From NCBI GenBank assembly GCA_016186795.1, contig JACPKY010000002.1, forward strand, positions 416,748 to 463,043: a stretch of DNA of 46,296 nt, in the 5' to 3' direction. Position 1 is the stretch's first letter, and each line of letters opens with the position of its first letter. Below are positions 8,669-16,352 of this stretch, piece by piece. The translations under genes and the position numbers were made by a program. This DNA is from Candidatus Gottesmanbacteria bacterium. Lineage in GTDB: Bacteria > Patescibacteriota > Microgenomatia > 2-02-FULL-39-11. Below the pieces are notes generated by a model. It searched no databases. It was not told the origin of the DNA and was given only the letters and a program-made list of their open reading frames with translations.

Positions 8669-9724
8669 CTAGAGAAGATGCGAAGAAGTAATTTGTTGAT
8701 CTTTCTTTATTGACCGTACAAGTTTTCTCCCAATGAGATCCTTATATTTTAAAGGCAAGATACCACCTTCTTCTGGTCTTTTGTATGCAAGATCTTTTTC
8801 CGTCAGTACCTGTCCTTTTGCAAGATTTGTACGAGCTACAATCGATCTTCTAAATTCTTTCCGTTTCTCAATTTCATATGTTCCAACTACTCTTTCATAC
8901 TGACCCACCGCATGAAAAACATTCTTTACCTCTTTCACAATATATTCCATCTCAACGGGGTCAGCAGAAATTGAATGATCCCAACCAGGCAGAGTCTTAT
9001 CCAGTGTAAAATGCTTCTCGATAATACAGGCTCCGAAACTCACTGCTGCCACACTAAGTGACGTACCAACACTATGGTCACTAAATCCTACATGAACGCC
9101 AAAGGTTTTTCTTAGCATTTCTATATTTTTAAGATTTATATCTTCATATTTCGGTGGATAGACCGAAATACAGTGAAGAAGAACAGTGTCGATTTTTCCC
9201 CCCCGTAAGATCTCCATCGCTTGATCAATTTCCCAAAGTGTTGCCATACCGGTTGATAGAATAACTGGTTTCCCTTTTGTAGCAACATACTCTAGAAGCG
9301 GATGATTCGTTACGTCCATTGAAGCTATTTTAAAAAATGGCACATCAAGCTTATCGAGTAAATCAGCTGTTTTGGTATCAAATGGAGTACTTGCAAAAGC
9401 TATATGTTTTTTTTGGCAATAGGATAGAATCTCCTCATACTCCTTTGGTGTTAGAGAATATTCTTTTACCATTTCGTAAAGCGACCCAAAATGTTTATGC
9501 TCATCTCCAGGGTAAGTAAGATGTTTCTCATAGAGTGGAAGACTTATCAGATTTTCTGTAGTAAATGACTGGAATTTCACCACATTCACCCCACACGATA
9601 CTGCGGAATCTATAAGTTTGCGACAAAGATTCATGTCACCATTATGATTGGCACCAATATCGGCAATAATATAAGGTAAATGCCCTTCCCCGATATACGT
9701 ATTGTTCATTTTAATTGGCTTCAT
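8669..9724 (-). CDS. neuB: NeuB-family nonulosonic acid synthase (PseI/LegI/NeuB/SpsE-like) with a C-terminal SAF domain
   Basis: YIIADIGANHNGDMNLCRKLID, VKFQSF, FASTPFD, FKIASMD, PVILSTGMA, LLHCISVYP and GFSDHS are hallmark NeuB TIM-barrel motifs. The C-terminal RSIVARTNLAKGQVLTEKDL is the SAF domain. Substrate specificity cannot be read from the sequence. Confidence 0.9.
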   Translation of the reverse strand: MKPIKMNNTYIGEGHLPYIIADIGANHNGDMNLCRKLIDSAVSCGVNVVKFQSFTTENLISLPLYEKHLTYPGDEHKHFGSLYEMVKEYSLTPKEYEEILSYCQKKHIAFASTPFDTKTADLLDKLDVPFFKIASMDVTNHPLLEYVATKGKPVILSTGMATLWEIDQAMEILRGGKIDTVLLHCISVYPPKYEDINLKNIEMLRKTFGVHVGFSDHSVGTSLSVAAVSFGACIIEKHFTLDKTLPGWDHSISADPVEMEYIVKEVKNVFHAVGQYERVVGTYEIEKRKEFRRSIVARTNLAKGQVLTEKDLAYKRPEEGGILPLKYKDLIGRKLVRSIKKDQQITSSHLL

Positions 9725-9733
9725 GGCTTTTGG

Positions 9734-9762
9734 AGTGTATCATCACAAATTTTATCAGTCAA
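9734..9762 (-). promoter_or_regulatory. Possible internal sigma70-like promoter, TTGACT-17 nt-TACACT, ending 9 nt before ATG 9724 (neuB)
   Basis: The minus strand reads TTGACT (9762-9757), a 17-nt spacer, then TACACT (9739-9734). It lies in the 49-nt gap, the largest within the array. Confidence 0.3.
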
Positions 9763-9773
9763 CGTAACGGTAT

Positions 9774-11216
9774 TTACCCATTCAAAAGCTCAAAACACCG
9801 AGCTTCCATATAATCGAGAACATGTCTTTTATGAGGGAAGACATCTCTACTGTGGTAACTTCCTTTTTTCGGTTTGCCATTCGTACTATCAGAAAGTTTT
9901 CTAAGTGTTTCAATCAAACTTTGCACTGATTCTATTGGAACTGTTATTTCATCAATAATTCTGTGGCGGGTCGAATATTTTGAAGGAAGAAAACGAAGAG
10001 TATATTTTCCGATACCGGCTGAAACATATAGGCCTGTTGACCCACAGGCAACAACGACTTTGAGATTATCCCAGTTGAGCAAGTTTTTCAGTTCCTCGTG
10101 TGTAATTTTTATATTTGGGTAATTTTGCATATCTTCCGAACCTGGAATAGATATATGTTCATGGTAGGGCCGGGTTTTAATAAGAAAAAACCAGTGTGGG
10201 AAGAGACGTGCTGTCCTTTTTATCCATTCTAATGATAACCGCATTAAATCACCTGTATTAAGAACTGGATTTTGATCATATTCTGAGAGAAAAAGAAAAA
10301 CATTTTTCCCAAAAGATTTGCTTTTAAGATGTTTTTCTTGCTGAGTAACCTTATAATTCTTTTTTAATATCTCATCTATTTGGGCATTTCCAACTATCGT
10401 AAATAGTGGCATGTTTCCCTTTTGTATTTTCTTTAATTCATCTGCAACAGTTTTATTCCATACCCATACTTCACGAGAAATAATAGGAACCACCATGGTT
10501 GTCGGATGCTCATTGAAAAACCAAATGGTATGAATGTTTTTCTTTTCTCCGAGGAGTGCCAATTCTGCTCCAAACGGTACATGATCACCATTGGTGATTA
10601 TTATTTTCGGTTGCAAAAGGCCAAGAAGATGCCCAAGCGATCGAAAACGGAGGCGAGACAAAAAAAGTTGGTACCATAAAGAAAAAGGGTTATTAAGTAT
10701 TTTTTGAACTTCTCTATTCATTTTTTGTGAACGAAACTGAAGATAGAGCATATCCAAAAATGAAGAAGCAAATGATAGAAGAAATTGAAACGTACTTCCT
10801 CCAAAAGCGATGTATTTTGACATTGAAGGAAAAGAAGAAATATTTATCTCCTTTTCCGATGGATTTACTGTTTCAAATCGATCCGGAGAAAATCTGATTA
10901 CTCGAAGATCTTTTTGCGCAAGTTTTTCTCCCAACCTATCTAGGGTAGGCTGGAAACTCGGTTTGCGACTTGATGAAAAAATAAGAACATCGCAAGAGAT
11001 TTTGGATAAATTAAGCGGATGGATTTTCTGAAAATTAGAAAGAACCTCTTTAATAAACTGGGGAAAATTATTCACTTTGCCCTCTCTAAGAAGTAGAGGA
11101 AGCCGAGCCGCAAACAAACTCTGGTGGTTTTTCTCTATAGGACCTATGTGCTGAATATAATTTTCAAAATGAGAAGCAATGTGAAATCCGTCGGGGAGTA
11201 AGGGCTTTGCATCCAT
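9774..11216 (-). CDS. Uncharacterised 480-aa protein, putative GT-B-like transferase sitting between the cytidylyltransferase and the NulO synthase
   Basis: Intact ORF with GGAG 10 nt upstream of its ATG. There are no TM segments. The C-terminal lobe reads WFFLIKTRPYHEH...LKVVVACGSTGLYVSAGIGKYTLRF, which resembles the (K/R)xHP plus G-rich donor lobe of capsule-synthesis/TagF-type GT-B enzymes. Family not recognised with confidence. Confidence 0.45.
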   Translation of the reverse strand: MDAKPLLPDGFHIASHFENYIQHIGPIEKNHQSLFAARLPLLLREGKVNNFPQFIKEVLSNFQKIHPLNLSKISCDVLIFSSSRKPSFQPTLDRLGEKLAQKDLRVIRFSPDRFETVNPSEKEINISSFPSMSKYIAFGGSTFQFLLSFASSFLDMLYLQFRSQKMNREVQKILNNPFSLWYQLFLSRLRFRSLGHLLGLLQPKIIITNGDHVPFGAELALLGEKKNIHTIWFFNEHPTTMVVPIISREVWVWNKTVADELKKIQKGNMPLFTIVGNAQIDEILKKNYKVTQQEKHLKSKSFGKNVFLFLSEYDQNPVLNTGDLMRLSLEWIKRTARLFPHWFFLIKTRPYHEHISIPGSEDMQNYPNIKITHEELKNLLNWDNLKVVVACGSTGLYVSAGIGKYTLRFLPSKYSTRHRIIDEITVPIESVQSLIETLRKLSDSTNGKPKKGSYHSRDVFPHKRHVLDYMEARCFELLNG

Positions 11217-11221
11217 GAAAA

Positions 11222-11989
11222 TTATACTCCAAATATTCGCTTTTTGTATTGAACTTCTGTCTCATACCGATTACTATTGAGTGCTTTTACCGCAGGGTGA
11301 GTATCGAGAAACCTTAAGATATCGTCCAACCCAAAAAGTGGATTCTGAGGATATAGTGCCTCAATTATTTTTTTCACTTGCATCAAATCTTCAGGATAAT
11401 CTAATACGATCCGATATTTGTCATGAATATTGGAGGAGTTCTCAATATTTCCGATTCGAAAATGGTGAGGATTTTTCCAAATGAAACTCGTAACGTGTTC
11501 TTTATCTTCTGATTTAAGATCTTGACTTAAGTATATTCGTTCTAACGCTTCACGGTGTACAATTTCAATTTGCATTCCTTCTGGGAATGTAGAGGGGTGA
11601 TTATTACTTACATAATCGTATCCTTGAAATTTTTGTTCAAATTCTTTGATAAGAAATGCGCATAACTTTGGATCAATCAAAGGACTATCTCCCCAGAATT
11701 TCACAAAGTAGGTATCCGGAAATAAATTTGTACACTGACATATTCTATCCAAAACATTCTCTTCACTCCCACGAAAGACATCCAATCCTAAATGTCGGCA
11801 GTAACCTGCTAATTCATCATCACTTGCATTTACTGTTGTTGCAACAATAATTTTACTTACCATGGGAATTGCATGAACTCGTTCAATGAGAAAGTAAAAA
11901 ATGGGTCTACCCAAAATCTTTCGCATTGCTTTATTTCGAAGCCGTGAAGAGCCATTTCGGATCTGTACAATTGCGGGATACTTGGCCAT
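11222..11989 (-). CDS. SpsF/PseF-type cytidylyltransferase (CMP-nonulosonic acid synthetase candidate)
   Basis: N-terminus AIVQIRNGSSRLRNKAMRKILGRP is the acylneuraminate-cytidylyltransferase-type P-loop-like motif (R.GS.R...K). The length (255 aa) and the NulO context fit. Confidence 0.75.
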   Translation of the reverse strand: MAKYPAIVQIRNGSSRLRNKAMRKILGRPIFYFLIERVHAIPMVSKIIVATTVNASDDELAGYCRHLGLDVFRGSEENVLDRICQCTNLFPDTYFVKFWGDSPLIDPKLCAFLIKEFEQKFQGYDYVSNNHPSTFPEGMQIEIVHREALERIYLSQDLKSEDKEHVTSFIWKNPHHFRIGNIENSSNIHDKYRIVLDYPEDLMQVKKIIEALYPQNPLFGLDDILRFLDTHPAVKALNSNRYETEVQYKKRIFGV

Positions 11990-11997
11990 TGCAAAAA

Positions 11998-12714
11998 TTA
12001 TTTCTCTACTAAAACAATATAGTAAGATGTTTTGCGCTTTCCTGGAACTTCATCAATTGTCAATTTTTTAAAACTCATATCCCAGGTGTGGATGCGAACT
12101 GTTCCAAACGGTAGAAACATTGCAGAAATATCACTCTTCGTAAATGCATGAAACGGAAGCGTAACGGAGTGAGTACCAGTTTTTTGTGAAAGAAATATTG
12201 AGTCTTTTACAAGATAAGTATTTTCCCCAATCTTTTTCGCATGGTCGAATGCACAATCTGTTATTCTCTTCAACAGGAAAAATCCTACACCACCTTTCTT
12301 TAATACACGATAGCATTCTTTACTCGCCTTGAGTATATCTTCCCAAGAGTTATTTACCAGTGTTGCATGCTCAATAATTCCATCAAAAAAATTATCAACG
12401 TATGGAAGAGACGTAATAGGTCCGAGCCGAATATCTGCTTCGCATTTTTCCCTTTTAAGCCAATTCTCTGCGTACTTCACTGCAACGATACTTCCGTCAA
12501 TTCCATAAGCTTTAAATCCCATTTGCCGAAGAAGAATTATGTGACGCCCAATCCCACACCCTAAGTCCAAAATTCGGTAACGTGACCTCCTGCTTTTGGG
12601 AAAGCTACTAACAAGAAAACGAACAATATTTTCATCAGGATAGATAGGCCTGTAATCAGGATTCATATGATACATATCAAAGATGCGCGGGTTGTAAGTC
12701 GGAATACCTTGCAT
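11998..12714 (-). CDS. Class I SAM-dependent methyltransferase
   Basis: Motif I reads ILDLGCGIGRHIILL, then YGIDGS and GIIEHATL. Confidence 0.8.
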   Translation of the reverse strand: MQGIPTYNPRIFDMYHMNPDYRPIYPDENIVRFLVSSFPKSRRSRYRILDLGCGIGRHIILLRQMGFKAYGIDGSIVAVKYAENWLKREKCEADIRLGPITSLPYVDNFFDGIIEHATLVNNSWEDILKASKECYRVLKKGGVGFFLLKRITDCAFDHAKKIGENTYLVKDSIFLSQKTGTHSVTLPFHAFTKSDISAMFLPFGTVRIHTWDMSFKKLTIDEVPGKRKTSYYIVLVEK

Positions 12715-12715
12715 G

Positions 12716-13885
12716 CTATAAATCTTTCACAGCAGTTTGAATTGATGAAGCAATATATTCAATATTTTGCTGCGACAGGTTAATCATAATTGGTATTGCA
12801 ATTGCCCTTTGGAGTAACTCATAACTTTTGGGCCATAACTTGAGATAATTTTTCTCGGCATATCGTGGATATACGTCCCAAATATGATCCCAACGACCTG
12901 CAAAATGCCATTTCACTGCTCCAGGGAGAAGTTTAAATCCAATTTTCTTCCCTGTAAGATAGTCTGATACCTTTTTGCGTTGTTTCGCCGTAGGGAGAAA
13001 GAACGTTAAGCTGTCTCCTACTTCTTCTCCTTCTTTTGGAACTTTTCGAAACTCAATTTCAGGAATACCCTTTAGTAAATTCTCTAACTTTTTGTAATTT
13101 TTCTTGACCTGAGATAAAGCCTTCGGTAATTTCCTCAGTTGGGCAAGACCTACTGCTCCTTGAAGTTCCATCATACGGAAATTAAAGCCACTCCGTGTTG
13201 CTGTATCTTCCCCTCGAGGGAACTTAGGATTATCTTCATGACCATGATCACAGTAAGCACGCGCTGCAAGATAAAGTTTTTTAGTAGGTACAACTATCAT
13301 CCCTCCATCTCCTGTTGTCAGCGTTTTTCCAAAATCAAAGCTGAATGCTCCTGCATCTCCGAAAGTTCCGCAAAACTGACCATTATACTTTGCCCCTAGA
13401 GACTGTGCCGTATCTTCTAAAAGAAAAAGACGATACTTCTTTGCAATGCGGGCAATTTCAGATATTCTCGCCGGTACTCCCATCATATGTACTACCCAAA
13501 TCGCTTTTGTTTTCTTCGTTATTCTCTTCTCAAGATCAATGGGGTCCATATTTAACGTCTCATCGACTTCGCAAATGACAGGTGTTGCCCCAGTCTCCAA
13601 TATTGCTTCAACGGTTGCAACAAACGTAAAGCTTTGTGTAATAACTTCATCACCCTTACCTATCCCAAATATTTTATTTATTGCAAAAAGAGACGCGGTA
13701 CCTGAAGTAGTCGCTTGAGCATATTGTGCATGAAGAAACTCTGCAAACTTATTCTCGAACTCAACAACTTTGTACGTATTGTTTCGAAGAGCTTCAAAAC
13801 CGTATCGGAATAAAACACCACCGCTATCAAAAACCGAATTTACTTCTTGGCGTTCTTCACTGTCTATAATTTCATATCCTGGCAT
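12716..13885 (-). CDS. DegT/DnrJ/EryC1-family PLP aminotransferase (second copy; KdnA-like context)
   Basis: TSGTASLFAINKIFGIGKGDEVITQSFTF, LLEDTAQSLGA and FSFDFGKTLTTGDGGMIVV (catalytic Lys context). The ORF track starts at TTG 13906. I prefer ATG 13885 (MPGYEIID...) because a perfect AGGAGG lies 9 nt upstream of it. Confidence 0.85.
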   Translation of the reverse strand: MPGYEIIDSEERQEVNSVFDSGGVLFRYGFEALRNNTYKVVEFENKFAEFLHAQYAQATTSGTASLFAINKIFGIGKGDEVITQSFTFVATVEAILETGATPVICEVDETLNMDPIDLEKRITKKTKAIWVVHMMGVPARISEIARIAKKYRLFLLEDTAQSLGAKYNGQFCGTFGDAGAFSFDFGKTLTTGDGGMIVVPTKKLYLAARAYCDHGHEDNPKFPRGEDTATRSGFNFRMMELQGAVGLAQLRKLPKALSQVKKNYKKLENLLKGIPEIEFRKVPKEGEEVGDSLTFFLPTAKQRKKVSDYLTGKKIGFKLLPGAVKWHFAGRWDHIWDVYPRYAEKNYLKLWPKSYELLQRAIAIPIMINLSQQNIEYIASSIQTAVKDL

Positions 13886-13894
13886 ATAATCGTT

Positions 13895-13900
13895 CCTCCT
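13895..13900 (-). promoter_or_regulatory. Shine-Dalgarno sequence AGGAGG for the second aminotransferase gene
   Basis: The minus strand reads AGGAGGAACGATTATATG, with AGGAGG 9 nt upstream of ATG 13885 and overlapping the TAG stop of the Fe-ADH gene. Confidence 0.6.
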
Positions 13901-15062
13901 AGTCAATCATACTATGTAACATAGCTCGAATATTTTTTTCTGTCATGGGTATCGGATTTTGCTCAACTGCACTCCACAAGAATTTTAAGTGGTCAATGAT
14001 TGAATCGATATCAGATTTTTGCACCCCAAATGTATTAAGTTTTTCAGGAATATCAAGATTTGCACATAAGAGTTGGAAACAGTGAAGAAACTTCTGACTT
14101 TTGTCTTTTCCGATGCATTTCTTTTGAACTGATGGATCAACCAAATCATACAGGGTTTCATATCCTTTATACCCGTTTTCGATGTTAAATTTGATTACGG
14201 GGTACAAAAAAACCGACCCGGCAAGACCGTGTGTTACGCGGAAAAGTGTTCCAATTGGATACGATAGTACACCTGCAGGACCTGCAGCAGAGTTAAAAAG
14301 AGCAATTCCAGCTAGATACGCACCCAAAGAAACTTGCGTACGAAGATTAATATCCTCAGGATTTTTTACAACTCTTTCCAGATTATTAAAAATCAAAGGA
14401 AAAGCTTCCTCTGAGAATAGTTTCGATAGTAGAGAGTGCTTTTTTGCTACAAAACTTTCAAGAGTATGTGTCAAAGCATCCATGCCAGATGCAATTGTTA
14501 CAGAGGATGGACAAGATAGGGTAAGAAGTGGGTCGATCACTGAAAAAACCGGTAGGTAAAGAGGCGAATTAATACCAAATTTTCGTTTTTCCTTTCTGTC
14601 AATGAAAACAGCATACGGTGTAATTTCACTCCCAGATCCGGCAGTTGATGGAATAAGTATAAGAGGAATTCCTGAATTTTTAATAAGACCAAATCCTCTA
14701 TATGCAATAGCTCTCTTTTTATTCGTCACCAAAACAGATATTGCCTTTGCAACATCCATCGTACTCCCCCCACCAATCCCTAAAAGACAATCAATTTTTT
14801 TATCAAATTTTCCACGAATAGAATCTAAATAATCATACGTGGGCTCCATCATGTCATTTATAAAATACGGGTTAATTGTGTACAACTTTCGCAATTTCTT
14901 TATAAGTTGTTGCCAATACTCACCCTTTTCAACGTGAAGATCAATAATCACTCCAACACGGTTAAAACCCTTTTCTTCCAAAAATGGAATAATTTCATTA
15001 AGACTTCCAGGACCAAATGAAAGATTGGTATGCAATCGAAAGTAAAGCAGTGAGTCTTTCAT
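13899..15062 (-). CDS. Iron-containing (class III) alcohol dehydrogenase family oxidoreductase
   Basis: LLGIGGGSTMDVAKA, IPSTAGSGSEITP, SGMDALTHTLES and VTHGLAGSV correspond to the GGGSxxDxAK, PTTAGTGSE and metal-binding His motifs of the Fe-ADH family. Confidence 0.85.
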   Translation of the reverse strand: MKDSLLYFRLHTNLSFGPGSLNEIIPFLEEKGFNRVGVIIDLHVEKGEYWQQLIKKLRKLYTINPYFINDMMEPTYDYLDSIRGKFDKKIDCLLGIGGGSTMDVAKAISVLVTNKKRAIAYRGFGLIKNSGIPLILIPSTAGSGSEITPYAVFIDRKEKRKFGINSPLYLPVFSVIDPLLTLSCPSSVTIASGMDALTHTLESFVAKKHSLLSKLFSEEAFPLIFNNLERVVKNPEDINLRTQVSLGAYLAGIALFNSAAGPAGVLSYPIGTLFRVTHGLAGSVFLYPVIKFNIENGYKGYETLYDLVDPSVQKKCIGKDKSQKFLHCFQLLCANLDIPEKLNTFGVQKSDIDSIIDHLKFLWSAVEQNPIPMTEKNIRAMLHSMID

Positions 15063-15078
15063 ACACGTAATTTCATAA

Positions 15079-16347
15079 TTACTCTGAAAGAGTATCGATC
15101 GTGTATTTTGGCTTTATAACAAGCAGGCTCTCTTTTTTTTGCATATTGTACCCCAAGGCTCCAATTTCACTATCTTCTGAAAGCTCGATGTTTATCCCCG
15201 TACCAAAATTAGGATGATTATGATGTGCTTTCATATCTAATCCAACTGCAGCTCGAACAATATATCTACCACAATTTAAAACAGATCCTGGAAAAATAAC
15301 GCGTAGGTAGGATTTTCCTTTTTCCCAAGAAGAAAATTTCGGATCTTCTTGTGTATTCCAATACCAAAGAAGAGTCCCATCGGTTGAAGCAATAACAACA
15401 ATAATATCGATTTTTCCACGACTTGTATCTCGAATAAGGAAATCTACCTCAATAGTTATATCATCTGCTGGATTAAGAATTGAAGTAATTCTATCAGATG
15501 CGTCTTTTATACCTACACGCAGTAATTGACCTGCTTTCGTATCATCTATAGGATATGTGATTTCTCCACTCTTTGATAAATTTTTTTGCAGATAATAATC
15601 AACAACTTTATTGGGTTTGCCGATCTTTGTAAGAATTCCATTCTCCAAAAGAATACATTTTTGCACAAGTCGAATGATTGCAGCCATGTTATGACTAACA
15701 AAAAGAACAGTTCTTCCTTGTGAGGCAACATTATCCATTTTGCTAAGACACTTCTTTTGAAAATTTACATCACCGACGGCCAAAACTTCATCGACAATAA
15801 GTATCTCAGGTTCCAAGTGTGCAGCTACAGCAAAAGCAAGACGGGTATACATTCCTGAAGAGTAAAATTTTACTGGCGTATCTATAAACCTTGGTATTTC
15901 AGCAAAATCAATGATCTCATCAAATTTCCGCCTAATTTCTTTATTTTTCATTCCAAGTATTGCACCGTTTAGATATACATTTTCTCTGCCTGTTAACTCT
16001 GGATGAAAACCAGTTCCTACTTCCAGAAGACTTGCGACTCTCCCCCGTAAAATAATTTTTCCCTTTGTAGGAGGTGTTATTTGACTTAGAATTTTCAAAA
16101 GCGTACTTTTCCCGGCTCCATTTCGGCCTATTATTCCTACAATCTCTCCACTGCCTATCTTGAATGATACGTCCTTGAGCGCCCATATATGTTGATTGGA
16201 AGAAGCTTTTAAGGGAGAATCCTTTTTACTTACAAAGGGAGAGTGAAAAAAATCCATAACGGTATCCCGTAGGGAATAGTATGGGAGAACTTTCCCTATC
16301 CGATACTGTTTTGAGATGTTTTGTATTTCAATAATTGGTTTTGTCAT
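15079..16347 (-). CDS. wzt: Polysaccharide ABC exporter ATP-binding protein (Wzt/TagH type) with a ~170-aa C-terminal extension
   Basis: Walker A GIIGRNGAGKSTLLK, signature YSSGMYTRLAFA and Walker B ILIVDEVLAVGD. The sequence beyond ~residue 250 is beta-rich (ITIEVDFLIRD..., YLRVIFPGSVLNCGRYIVR), as in Wzt C-terminal glycan-binding domains. Confidence 0.85.
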   Translation of the reverse strand: MTKPIIEIQNISKQYRIGKVLPYYSLRDTVMDFFHSPFVSKKDSPLKASSNQHIWALKDVSFKIGSGEIVGIIGRNGAGKSTLLKILSQITPPTKGKIILRGRVASLLEVGTGFHPELTGRENVYLNGAILGMKNKEIRRKFDEIIDFAEIPRFIDTPVKFYSSGMYTRLAFAVAAHLEPEILIVDEVLAVGDVNFQKKCLSKMDNVASQGRTVLFVSHNMAAIIRLVQKCILLENGILTKIGKPNKVVDYYLQKNLSKSGEITYPIDDTKAGQLLRVGIKDASDRITSILNPADDITIEVDFLIRDTSRGKIDIIVVIASTDGTLLWYWNTQEDPKFSSWEKGKSYLRVIFPGSVLNCGRYIVRAAVGLDMKAHHNHPNFGTGINIELSEDSEIGALGYNMQKKESLLVIKPKYTIDTLSE

Positions 16348-16352
16348 GCACG

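Noticed and set aside
13899-15062. Fe-ADH as a phosphonate-pathway reductase (PhpC-like) or as glycerol-1-phosphate dehydrogenase.
   Set aside because: No PEP mutase or phosphonopyruvate decarboxylase is in the window. The motifs (GGGSxxDxAK, STAGSGSE, His-rich metal site) and length fit a classical class III ADH better than the G1PDH/DHQS branch. The idea is not excluded but is unsupported here.
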